The translations under genes and the position numbers were made by a program. From Eubacteriales bacterium (lineage in GTDB: Bacteria > Bacillota > Clostridia > Oscillospirales > CAG-272): 64,000 nt of DNA. The stretch spans positions 1,590-65,589 of the forward strand of contig JAZSHT010000104.1 of assembly GCA_045533435.1 (NCBI GenBank), read 5' to 3'. How positions within the stretch are numbered: the stretch's first letter is position 1; each line of letters starts with the position of its first letter. Positions 46,111 through 54,204 of the stretch are shown here, in pieces. The notes under the pieces were generated by a model. It was not told where the DNA came from. It was given only the letters and a program-made list of their open reading frames with translations, and did no database searches.

Positions 46111-47124
46111 ATGTTAATTAACGATAACCATTACTTAACCGTTATAGAAAATATAAAAGCGCAGATAGAAAATTCCCGACATAAGGCAGCTCTCAAGGTT
46201 AATCAAGAGTTAATTTTGCTCTATTACAACATTGGAAAAATCATTAATGAAAATAAATCTTGGGGAAATAAATTTATAGACACACTTGCTAAGGATATAA
46301 AAATAATGTATCCAAGCTCCACGGGATATTCGGTGCGAAATTTGAAATATATGTCAAAATTAGCGGAATCCTACACGGATATAGAATTTGTGCAACAGGC
46401 TGTTGCACAAATTCCTTGGGGACATAATACAGTAATTTTAGATAAAATAGAATCATCCGAATCAAGAAATTGGTACATCCAAAAAACTATTGAAAACGGT
46501 TGGTCCCGTTCTATTCTATCTCATCAAATAGATACCAAGTTATATGAAAGGCAAGCTATCGCTAACAAAGTTTCAAATTTTGAAAAGCAGCTTCCTTCTC
46601 CACAAAGCGAGCTTGCCTCTCAAGCCATGAAGGACCCGTATATATTTGATTTTATTACCTTCAAAGAAGATATGCTTGAAAGAGATTTGGAAAATGAGCT
46701 AATTAAAAAAATCACATCTCTTCTATTAGAATTGGGAACAGGATTTGCTTTCGTTGGAAATCAATATCATATGAATGTCGGCGGCGAAGATTTCTACATC
46801 GACCTTTTATTCTATAACATAAATTTAAGATGCTATGTTGTGATAGAATTAAAAACTGATGACTTTAAGCCAGAATATGCAGGAAAATTAAATTTTTATC
46901 TTTCTGCAGTTGATGACATCTTAAAAAAGGATGGAGACAATCCAACCATAGGACTTTTACTGTGTCAAAGCAAAAATAATATAATTGCCGAATACTCACT
47001 AAGAGATATGTCAAAGCCTATGGGAGTAAGCGAATATAAAATCACTTGTAGCTTGCCTAAAGACTTAGAAAAGCAATTACCTTCCATCGAAGATATTCAA
47101 AAACGCATTTCTAATAAATTTTAA
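46111..47124 (+). CDS. DUF1016 / YhcG-type PD-(D/E)XK nuclease family protein
   Basis: 337 aa with a characteristic DUF1016 N-terminus (...NQELILLYYNIGKII...GYSVRNLKYM...IPWGHN) and a C-terminal D...ELK nuclease core (DLLFYNINLRCYVVIELK). Confidence 0.85.
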   Translation: MLINDNHYLTVIENIKAQIENSRHKAALKVNQELILLYYNIGKIINENKSWGNKFIDTLAKDIKIMYPSSTGYSVRNLKYMSKLAESYTDIEFVQQAVAQIPWGHNTVILDKIESSESRNWYIQKTIENGWSRSILSHQIDTKLYERQAIANKVSNFEKQLPSPQSELASQAMKDPYIFDFITFKEDMLERDLENELIKKITSLLLELGTGFAFVGNQYHMNVGGEDFYIDLLFYNINLRCYVVIELKTDDFKPEYAGKLNFYLSAVDDILKKDGDNPTIGLLLCQSKNNIIAEYSLRDMSKPMGVSEYKITCSLPKDLEKQLPSIEDIQKRISNKF

Positions 47125-47135
47125 GGTATAAAATT

Positions 47136-47495
47136 ATGACCGAGCAAGAAATATTAAATCTTAAAAAATGCGTTGCAAGTGATAATGCTACACAAAAAAA
47201 GATAAATATAAGCGTTTTTTATGTTGCAAGAGCCTCATTTAACGATGAAATGCTTGTGGAAAGCCTTGAAATAAAGATTGAGGACATTAAGGACAAGGAC
47301 CTTTATTGGTTTGACTTATATTTAGGCAGAAAAAGCGACAACAAAATTAAAATTGCCATAGCATATATAGAAAATGAATACATTCATTTTCTTTTTGATG
47401 ATGGCGAAAAAATTAAGGCTGTTAAGAACGCTTACACAGTTTTAGCAAGTGATGACCTTAATGATAGCTACCTAATTGCAACTCATATATGGTAA
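47136..47495 (+). CDS. hypothetical protein
   Basis: 119-aa ORF coupled to the DUF1016 gene, followed by a terminator. No motifs recognised. Confidence 0.55.
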   Translation: MTEQEILNLKKCVASDNATQKKINISVFYVARASFNDEMLVESLEIKIEDIKDKDLYWFDLYLGRKSDNKIKIAIAYIENEYIHFLFDDGEKIKAVKNAYTVLASDDLNDSYLIATHIW

Positions 47496-47516
47496 AATTT
47501 TCACATTAAATTCAAG

Positions 47517-47550
47517 AAAAGAGCGAAATTTAAGCTCTTTTCTGTTTTTG
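47517..47550 (+). terminator. rho-independent terminator
   Basis: AAAAGAGC-GAAATTTAA-GCTCTTTT plus CTGTTTTT. Confidence 0.75.
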
Positions 47551-47697
47551 ATATATATAATGATGAATAAAAATGCAAATTTTATTTAAAAAATGCAACA
47601 AATTTTCATTTGTTAACACATTGTTCATAATTATGTGATAGAATAAAGTATATTTTTTTATTTTATATAATAATTAATTTATATTAGCTTATGATAT

Positions 47698-47735
47698 CTG
47701 CTGACGGCTGACAGCTAACGGCTGGTGGCTGTTCA
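47698..47735 (-). repeat. heptamer array, reverse orientation of class TAGCCGT (CTG CTGACGG CTGACAG CTAACGG CTGGTGG CTGTTCA)
   Basis: Read directly. Lies in the 5' UTR, ending 26 nt before the citrate synthase ATG. Confidence 0.85.
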
Positions 47736-47761
47736 TTTGCGCAAAGCGGAAAGGAACTACT

Positions 47762-49135
47762 ATGGCAAGAGTAAAGAAAGAATTAACACAATTAACTCCA
47801 CAGCTTATGGGTTATGTAGAAAAATGCTCAATCAATACAACTATTGAAGCAGAGCTTTTTGACAAATATAATGTAAAAAGAGGACTTAGAGAAAAGGACG
47901 GTAAGGGTGTAGTTGTAGGTCTTACTGAAATTTCCGAGGTACAGGGCTTTAAGTATGTTGATGGCGTAAGAACTCCTTGCGAGGGCGAGCTTTTCTACCG
48001 TGGTATCAATATTTATGACCTTGTTGATGGATTTTTAAATGATGGCAGACACGGCTACGAGGAAACTATTTACCTTCTTCTTTTCGGTGTTCTTCCAAAT
48101 AAAGAGGAGCTTGATGATTTTATAAAGCTACTTTCAAAATATCGTTCACTTCCAAAGAATTTCGTTCGTGATATTCTTATGAAGGCATCAGGCAAGGACA
48201 TGATGAACTCACTTGCACGAAGCGTGCTTACTCTTTATGCTTATGATGACAAGGCAGATGATACATCAATTCCTAATGTGCTTCGCCAAAGCTTACAGTT
48301 AATTTCAGAGTTTCCACTTTTAGCGGTTTATGCATATCATGCATATGAATTCTATGAAAAGAAAAATAGCTTAGTTATTCGCCCACCAAAGGCGGGACTT
48401 TCAACTGCGGAAAACTTCCTTTATATGCTAAGAAAGGATGGAAAATATACTCCACTTGAAGCAAGAATTCTTGATGTTGCGTTAGTTTTACACGCAGAGC
48501 ACGGTGGCGGTAACAACTCCACCTTTACAACTCATGTTGTTTCATCATCCGGTACAGACACATACTCAACAATTGCCGCATCCCTTGGCTCACTTAAGGG
48601 TCCAAGACACGGTGGCGCTAACATTAAGGTTGTTGAAATGATTGAAGACATTAAGAAAAATGTTAAGGATTGGACAGATGAAAACCAAATTTCCGATTAC
48701 CTAAACAAAATCTTAAATAAAGAAGCATTTGATGGCAAGGGACTTATTTACGGTATGGGACATGCCATTTACTCTAAATCCGACCCAAGAGCTTGTATTT
48801 TAAGAAGATTTGTTGAAAAGCTTTCAAAGGAAAAGGGCAAGGATAAGGACTATAAGCTTTGTCAGTTAATTGAAAGACTTGCACCCAAAATCATCGCAGA
48901 GCATAAAGCAATTTTCAAGGGCGTAAGCGCAAATATTGACTTTTATAGTGGATTTATCTATGATATGCTTGATATTCCTCACGAGCTATATACACCACTC
49001 TTTGCAATTTCTCGTATTGCAGGCTGGAGCGCACACCGCCTTGAGGAAATCTTAATGAACGGTAAAATCATCCGTCCTGCTTATCAGGAAATCATCCCAA
49101 GAGGCACTTATGTTCCTATGGAAGAAAGAAAATAG
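47762..49135 (+). CDS. citrate synthase
   Basis: 457 aa with motifs HAEHGGGNNSTF, GPRHGGAN, GMGHAIY. The TAG stop is followed directly by a TGGTCAG array. Confidence 0.93.
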   Translation: MARVKKELTQLTPQLMGYVEKCSINTTIEAELFDKYNVKRGLREKDGKGVVVGLTEISEVQGFKYVDGVRTPCEGELFYRGINIYDLVDGFLNDGRHGYEETIYLLLFGVLPNKEELDDFIKLLSKYRSLPKNFVRDILMKASGKDMMNSLARSVLTLYAYDDKADDTSIPNVLRQSLQLISEFPLLAVYAYHAYEFYEKKNSLVIRPPKAGLSTAENFLYMLRKDGKYTPLEARILDVALVLHAEHGGGNNSTFTTHVVSSSGTDTYSTIAASLGSLKGPRHGGANIKVVEMIEDIKKNVKDWTDENQISDYLNKILNKEAFDGKGLIYGMGHAIYSKSDPRACILRRFVEKLSKEKGKDKDYKLCQLIERLAPKIIAEHKAIFKGVSANIDFYSGFIYDMLDIPHELYTPLFAISRIAGWSAHRLEEILMNGKIIRPAYQEIIPRGTYVPMEERK

Positions 49136-49163
49136 TGGTCAGTGGCTAGTGATCAGTAGTTAG
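49133..49163 (+). repeat. heptamer array (TAG TGGTCAG TGGCTAG TGATCAG TAG TTAG)
   Basis: The first TAG is the citrate synthase stop. Followed by TTAGCTTTTGCACAACATTACA, which is homologous to the sequence next to the array at 52941-52974. Confidence 0.92.
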
Positions 49164-49191
49164 CTTTTGCACAACATTACACATACTAAAA

Positions 49192-49221
49192 AACGCATAC
49201 ATCTTTTCGGTGTATGCGTTT
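49192..49221 (+). repeat. 30-bp direct repeat copy 1 (terminator hairpin AACGCATACATCTTTTCGGTGTATGCGTTT)
   Basis: Identical 30-mer at 52070-52099. The two copies bracket the R-M cassette. Confidence 0.95.
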
Positions 49222-49344
49222 ATTTTTAGTAAAATGAAAATAATTATTAGAATAGCTCACGATTTTTTAAAATTGCATTTTGGATCTTGATTTTGTTCGA
49301 TAAATAGAATATAATAGACTTATAAAATATAAGGAGACAATTTT

Positions 49345-50415
49345 ATGCTTCAATATATGTCTTGCCGAGATGCTGCCGAAAGATGGAATATATCACAACG
49401 CAGAGTTTCTGTTTTATGCGCTGAAAATCGCATACCCAATGTTGCTATGCTCGGCAATATGTGGATAATTCCCATAAATGCCGAAAAGCCAACGGATGCA
49501 CGAAAAAATAACGGTGCAAAGCCAACTAATGAAAAAGCTCATCCTTTTATAAAATGGGCAGGTGGTAAAACTCAGCTTTTAGATGTACTTAAAAGTAATT
49601 TACCAAGTGGTATTGGTACTACTATTAGAAAATATGCAGAGCCTTTTGTTGGTGGCGGTGCATTCCTTTTCTCTATACTCGAGGAATACAACTTTGAGGA
49701 AATTTACATTAGCGATAACAATAAAGAGCTTATGAATGTTTATGTCGCCATTAGGGATAACTGTAACCAGCTTTTAAATGCTCTCAACACCTTGCAAAAC
49801 GAATATAATGGACTTAGTGCCGAATTGCAAGAGAAATTTTATTATGAAAAGCGCGAGGAATTTAATACAGTTGAATTGACCGATAAAACAAGTGTTCAAA
49901 AGGCTTCATTGTTTATTTTCTTAAATAAATCTTGTTTTAATGGTTTATTTAGGGTTAACAAAAAGGGCAAATATAATGTTCCTTTTGGAAAACACAAGTC
50001 TGTTTCAATTTGCGATAGCGATAATTTAACTAAAATTTCTGCTATGCTACAAAATGTTATAATAAAGGCTTGCGATTATCAAGAGGTTATGAGCTTTGCT
50101 GATAGCTCAACTCTTGTATATTTTGACCCACCATATAGACCCTTGAATGTAACATCAGGCTTTACCTCATATACCGAGGATGATTTTTCTGATAAAAATC
50201 AAATAGATTTAGCAAATTGCTTCAAGGCTCTTTCAAAAAAAGGCGTTAAAGTAATGCTTAGCAACTCAGACCCAAAAAACACAAACGAAAATGACAATTT
50301 CTTTGACGATTTGTATGCAGATTTTAACATTTTGCGTGTTGAAGCCTCTCGTATGATAAACAGTAAAGGCTCATCAAGAGGAAAAATCAAAGAGCTTTTA
50401 ATTAAGAATTATTAA
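49345..50415 (+). CDS. Dam-type N6-adenine DNA methyltransferase (GATC-type) with N-terminal HTH domain
   Basis: 356 aa. The first ~50 aa are HTH-like (CRDAAERWNISQRRVSVLCAENRIPN), followed by the Dam pattern KWAGGK...EPFVGGGA...YFDPPY. Confidence 0.9.
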   Translation: MLQYMSCRDAAERWNISQRRVSVLCAENRIPNVAMLGNMWIIPINAEKPTDARKNNGAKPTNEKAHPFIKWAGGKTQLLDVLKSNLPSGIGTTIRKYAEPFVGGGAFLFSILEEYNFEEIYISDNNKELMNVYVAIRDNCNQLLNALNTLQNEYNGLSAELQEKFYYEKREEFNTVELTDKTSVQKASLFIFLNKSCFNGLFRVNKKGKYNVPFGKHKSVSICDSDNLTKISAMLQNVIIKACDYQEVMSFADSSTLVYFDPPYRPLNVTSGFTSYTEDDFSDKNQIDLANCFKALSKKGVKVMLSNSDPKNTNENDNFFDDLYADFNILRVEASRMINSKGSSRGKIKELLIKNY

Positions 50416-50424
50416 GGAGTAGAT

Positions 50425-51303
50425 ATGAAAAGAAATTTTAACGAATGGCTTGCTAATTTCAGAGAAAGCATAGCTGACTACAAGTATTATATTGATTTTG
50501 ACAAAGTACATAGAAATGTTGATAGCATAAAGATTGAGTTGAATATATTAAATACACTTGTAGGCTCTAAAAACATTGAAGCTGACTTTATAAACTTAGT
50601 AAAGAAATATCCTGAAACATTAAAGGTTATTCCTATTCTACTTGCAAAGAGAGAAAGTGAAATATATTGCCAAGATCAAAATTTAGCACGAACATTTGAA
50701 TTTTCCAAAAATATTCCCATAGATGCAGATGAGAAATTTTTCAAAGAGTATTGCTATTTTATGAGAGAAACAGGGCTTTTTGATCTATTACAAAATCGCA
50801 TTATAAGCAACTTGGTTGATTATGTAACAGGCGTTGAAACAGGCTTGGATTCAAACGGCAGAAAAAACCGTGGCGGTCATTTAATGGAAAATTTAGTTGA
50901 AAGCTATATTCAACAGGCTGGATTTATAAAAAATGAAACTTATTTTAAAGAAATGAACCTTTCAGATATAGAACATCTTTGGGGAATTGACTTATCTGCA
51001 ATTTCAAACACAGGTAAAACGGAAAAACGATTTGATTTTGTAGTGAAAACCAACAACAAAATTTATGGAATAGAAGCAAACTTTTATTCAAGTGGCGGCT
51101 CTAAGCTAAATGAAACAGCAAGAAGCTATAAAAATATAGCTATTGAGTCAAAAGAAATAGATGGGTTTGAATTTGTATGGTTTACCGACGGAAACGGTTG
51201 GAAATCTGCAAGACACAATTTAGAAGAAACCTTTGATGTAATGGAACACATTTATTCTATTGCCGACTTAGAAAACGGCATAGCAAACGAATTATTTAAC
51301 TGA
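50425..51303 (+). CDS. DpnII/MboI-family type II restriction endonuclease (GATC)
   Basis: 292 aa, collinear with my recollection of DpnII: ...LNILNTLVGSKNIE..., NLVDYVTGVETGLDSNGRKNRGG, KRFDFVVK, NFYSSGGSKLNETARSYK. Confidence 0.88.
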   Translation: MKRNFNEWLANFRESIADYKYYIDFDKVHRNVDSIKIELNILNTLVGSKNIEADFINLVKKYPETLKVIPILLAKRESEIYCQDQNLARTFEFSKNIPIDADEKFFKEYCYFMRETGLFDLLQNRIISNLVDYVTGVETGLDSNGRKNRGGHLMENLVESYIQQAGFIKNETYFKEMNLSDIEHLWGIDLSAISNTGKTEKRFDFVVKTNNKIYGIEANFYSSGGSKLNETARSYKNIAIESKEIDGFEFVWFTDGNGWKSARHNLEETFDVMEHIYSIADLENGIANELFN

Positions 51304-51304
51304 T

Positions 51305-52042
51305 ATGGCAAAGAAAATACCTTTACAACCAGAAAATTTTGAGCTTGAAACAAATACTGTTTGGAGCTTTCCAAATAGGGGAAAATGGGCAACTCACGAT
51401 GCCAAATACCGCGGAAATTGGTCGCCTTATATCCCAAGAAATATAATTTTAAGATATTCAAACGAGGGTGATACAGTTCTTGATCAATTTGTTGGCGGTG
51501 GTACAACTATGGTTGAAGCCAAGCTGACAGGCAGAAATGCAATAGGAGTTGATATTAACCCAAATGCAGTTGAATTGTCTTTGAAAAAATGTAATTTTGA
51601 ATACGAATCAAGTTCACAAATTAAAATAATGCAAGGTGATGCAAGATATCTTAATTTAGAGAACGAAAGCATTGATCTTATTTGCACTCATCCACCCTAT
51701 GCTGATATTATCAAGTATAGCGAAGATATTAAAGGCGATTTGTCGCACCTTAAAATAAAAGATTTTTTAACAGAGATCTACAAGGTAGCGCAGGAAAGCT
51801 ATCGAGTTTTGAAAAAAGGCAAGTTTTGTGCTATTTTAATGGGAGATACCCGCAAAAACGGCATGGTTCAACCTCTCGCTTTTGAAACAATGCGTCTTTT
51901 TGAACTTGTTGGATTTAAGACAAAAGAAATTATAATAAAAGAACAACATAATTGTAAAGCAACGGGTTTTTGGAAAACTAATAGCATAAAACACAATTTT
52001 TTGTTACTTGCCCACGAATATTTATTTGTATTCAAAAAATAA
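51305..52042 (+). CDS. second SAM-dependent DNA methyltransferase of the R-M cassette
   Basis: 245 aa with motif I FVGGGTT and motif IV THPPY. Its start is 1 nt after the endonuclease stop codon. Confidence 0.82.
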   Translation: MAKKIPLQPENFELETNTVWSFPNRGKWATHDAKYRGNWSPYIPRNIILRYSNEGDTVLDQFVGGGTTMVEAKLTGRNAIGVDINPNAVELSLKKCNFEYESSSQIKIMQGDARYLNLENESIDLICTHPPYADIIKYSEDIKGDLSHLKIKDFLTEIYKVAQESYRVLKKGKFCAILMGDTRKNGMVQPLAFETMRLFELVGFKTKEIIIKEQHNCKATGFWKTNSIKHNFLLLAHEYLFVFKK

Positions 52043-52069
52043 AATCTTATTTTAAATATTTTAAAAAAT

Positions 52070-52099
52070 AACGCATACATCTTTTCGGTGTATGCGTTT
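52070..52099 (+). repeat. 30-bp direct repeat copy 2
   Basis: Identical to 49192-49221. Also serves as a bidirectional terminator for 51305-52042 (+) and 52101-52433 (-). Confidence 0.95.
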
Positions 52100-52100
52100 T

Positions 52101-52433
52101 TTAGTATTCAATAAAGGTTAGCTTATCTATTTTTTCGCACATATTATAAAATTTTACGGCTTCTGTAAATTGGTCAATGGTTGTTCTGTACGCTTCTATT
52201 TTCTCTTTTTCATAATTTTGCACCATTTCAATTATATCATTTTCCGCACACCTAATAGCATCGTCCACGGTCATAGAGGAGTATTTTTTTATATGCCCTA
52301 TACGGAGAAGTCTGTATGCACAATGATAATATTTATCCTCTAATAGCTCCTTGTGGCAATAAAAATATGCAAGCTCTCTTACTCTTATATAATCAGCCGC
52401 TTGTTCAATCATTCCATCTATTCCGTATAACAT
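52101..52433 (-). CDS. hypothetical protein
   Basis: 110-aa ORF with RBS AGAGGT, divergent from an XRE regulator. No motifs recognised. Confidence 0.55.
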   Translation of the reverse strand: MLYGIDGMIEQAADYIRVRELAYFYCHKELLEDKYYHCAYRLLRIGHIKKYSSMTVDDAIRCAENDIIEMVQNYEKEKIEAYRTTIDQFTEAVKFYNMCEKIDKLTFIEY

Positions 52434-52476
52434 AATTACCTCTCTATCAATTTAAAATGTGTACTAATTATATTAT

Positions 52477-52562
52477 ACATAATTCAATTATGTGTGTCAA
52501 GTATATTCTTTCATTGTATTATGTATAAACCTTATGTGTGTATGATACAATTATACATAAGG
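52477..52562. promoter_or_regulatory. operator-like inverted repeats ACATAATT-C-AATTATGT and CCTTATGT-N17-ACATAAGG between the divergent 110-aa ORF and the XRE gene
   Basis: Perfect 8-bp half sites at 52477-52484/52486-52493 and 52530-52537/52555-52562. The second overlaps the XRE RBS. Confidence 0.5.
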
Positions 52563-52572
52563 TGGTGATTTT

Positions 52573-52881
52573 GTGTTTGATGAACAACTGTTTTATAAAA
52601 GACTAACAGAATTAAGAGTGGCGAAGGATGTTTCTGCAAGAGACATGAGCTTGTCGCTTGGTCAAAGCGAAAACTATATAAACGCTATTGAAAATAAGCG
52701 TGCATTCCCATCTATGCAAGTATTTTTCTATATCTGCGATTATTTTGGTATTTCCCCAATGGAATTCTTTGATTTTGACAACACCAATCCTACTAAGTTA
52801 CAGGAAATTATCAAAAAATTAAAGTCTCTTAACAATGACCAATTAAAGCTTATTGAAACTATGATTGACAACATGAAATAA
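52573..52881 (+). CDS. XRE-family helix-turn-helix transcriptional regulator
   Basis: 102 aa with a GTG start and RBS AAGGTGG. HTH_3 pattern (VSARDMSLSLGQSENYINAIENKR). Confidence 0.8.
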   Translation: MFDEQLFYKRLTELRVAKDVSARDMSLSLGQSENYINAIENKRAFPSMQVFFYICDYFGISPMEFFDFDNTNPTKLQEIIKKLKSLNNDQLKLIETMIDNMK

Positions 52882-52885
52882 AATA

Positions 52886-52911
52886 ACGCATACGGATTTC
52901 CGTATGCGTTT
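52886..52911. terminator. terminator related in sequence to the 30-bp direct repeats
   Basis: AACGCATACGG-ATTT-CCGTATGCGTT. Same ACGCATAC/GTATGCGT stem ends as 49192 and 52070. Confidence 0.8.
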
Positions 52912-52940
52912 TATTATTTGTAAGCTTGTGCAAAATCTAA

Positions 52941-52974
52941 CTGCTGACCGCTGACCACTGATCACTGACCACTA
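52941..52974 (-). repeat. heptamer array (reverse complement: TAG TGGTCAG TGATCAG TGGTCAG CGGTCAG CAG)
   Basis: This TAG is the stop of the minus-strand gene 52972-53847. Inverted counterpart of the array at 49133-49163. Confidence 0.92.
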
Positions 52975-53847
52975 AATATTTATTGTTTGATTTGCGTAAA
53001 TATCCACACATGTGTCGCTATTTTCAAGGATTAAGGACACAGGGGTGTCAAAAATTTCAGTTGGCAAGTCGGTTTTGAGTGTAACCTGTGTGCCGTTTTC
53101 GGTGTTTTCAACTACTAACTCGGAGTTATCACGAAGGTAAATATATTTTACCATATCGTTATATGAGCAGAGCCAAATGTTATTTTTGTTTGCTTGCTCA
53201 GCAAGGTACATACATTCAGGCAAGAATGTTTCGTACTTTTGGGCGTGGTGGGTATCCTGCTCCTTTTTAGAAAGCCAATGGTTCATTTGAACTGTCCAAC
53301 CGCCCTCGCTTATTGTCTTATCAATATTATCAATATATGGCTGTAAATCGTAAACAAAGCGAGTTGTAAATGTGCCAACATCATATAAATTCATGTTATA
53401 TGTGTCGTTAATTCTGTCATTTCCGTTTCGGTTTGAATAGTAATATTCCTTTAAAATGTTCCAACCCTCCTGTGTGCTACCGCCACCGGGAGTTACATAT
53501 GCAATTACAGGTGTGCCGTAAATTTCCTCAAGTTTTTCCTTAGTTTCCTTAGCATCCTTATGTAATTTTTCGGGGTCGGTTTCGCCATTATAGCATAAGC
53601 AATGGTCAATACTGTGTCCGCAAATATCAAAATAGCCCTCGTTAATAAGGTCCTTCCACATTTTAATTATCCATTCGTGCAAGAAGCCAACAGTTTGAGC
53701 AGAGGTAATTTTGATTTTTTGTCCTGTCTTTTCGTAAACCTCTTTTAAATTTTCGTATGCATCAAGAGTTGACTCGCGATAGCATCCATCATCAAATACA
53801 AAGCTGTATGCACTTTTTGCGTTGTTATAGTAAGTTGCAATTTTCAT
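52972..53847 (-). CDS. polysaccharide deacetylase-like protein
   Basis: 291 aa with FVFDDG and GHSIDH motifs. The TAG stop is followed, in gene orientation, by a TGGTCAG array. The 5' UTR carries the CCCTAT array plus CGACTGAAAGGAG. Confidence 0.7.
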   Translation of the reverse strand: MKIATYYNNAKSAYSFVFDDGCYRESTLDAYENLKEVYEKTGQKIKITSAQTVGFLHEWIIKMWKDLINEGYFDICGHSIDHCLCYNGETDPEKLHKDAKETKEKLEEIYGTPVIAYVTPGGGSTQEGWNILKEYYYSNRNGNDRINDTYNMNLYDVGTFTTRFVYDLQPYIDNIDKTISEGGWTVQMNHWLSKKEQDTHHAQKYETFLPECMYLAEQANKNNIWLCSYNDMVKYIYLRDNSELVVENTENGTQVTLKTDLPTEIFDTPVSLILENSDTCVDIYANQTINI

Positions 53848-53874
53848 AATTGTTTTACTCCTTTCAGTCGTAAA

Positions 53875-53910
53875 CAGGGAATAGGGTATAGGGAATAGGA
53901 GATAGGGAAA
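53875..53910 (+). repeat. heptamer array, class TAGGGTA (CAGGGAA TAGGGTA TAGGGAA TAGGAGA TAGGGAA)
   Basis: Lies in the 5' UTR of the minus-strand gene and reads CCCTAT-type in that mRNA. Adjacent to CGACTGAAAGGAG (reverse complement of 53858-53870). Confidence 0.9.
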
Positions 53911-53961
53911 TTTGCCTTACTCCTATTTCATTATAAATATTCTAACATTTTATAATATAAG

Positions 53962-53980
53962 TGTCAATAAAATATTGACA
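53962..53980. promoter_or_regulatory. palindrome TGTCAATAAAATATTGACA carrying back-to-back -35 boxes of divergent promoters
   Basis: Plus strand: TTGACA (53975-53980), 17 nt, TATTAT (53998-54003). Minus strand: TTGACA (reverse complement of 53962-53967), 17 nt, TAGAAT (reverse complement of 53939-53944). Confidence 0.6.
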
Positions 53981-54170
53981 AATAGATAAAAAAGTTGTAT
54001 TATGCTTTGGGAATAATTTTTTAACTAGCAGATGAACACTGACCAGTAATATGCAATCTTCGGTTGATTCCATACAATCCTTGACTGATTGCATATGACC
54101 TTCGGTCAATTCCATACAATGCTTTGCGTTGATTACATACACATCTGCGATGTGATTGCGACTTTGTCGC

Positions 54171-54204
54171 ATCCCTATCCCCTATCCCCTATATCCTATC
54201 CCCC
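54171..54204 (-). repeat. heptamer array, CCCTATC-type (ATCCCTA TCCCCTA TCCCCTA TATCCTA TCCCCC)
   Basis: Lies in the 5' UTR of the transporter gene. Followed by AAAG and then CGACTGAAAGGAG (54209-54221). Confidence 0.9.

Larger units (their letters stand above)
49164..52940. other. accessory island (R-M cassette, 110-aa ORF and XRE regulator) lying between two inverted TGGTCAG arrays
   Basis: The flanking arrays and adjacent TTAGNTTTTGCACAA...ACGCATAC hairpin modules are inverted copies of each other. The content is a defence/regulator cargo. No integrase or transposase is present. Confidence 0.55.

Noticed and set aside
53875-53910. G-quadruplex formation by the GGG-containing arrays (GGGAATAGGGTATAGGGAATAGGAGATAGGG; also 58738-58772).
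   Set aside because: Four G3 tracts are present, so it is formally possible. However, the TGGTCAG and TAGCCGT classes, which occupy equivalent positions, cannot form G4 structures. G4 is therefore not a unifying explanation, and I did not list it as a separate finding.
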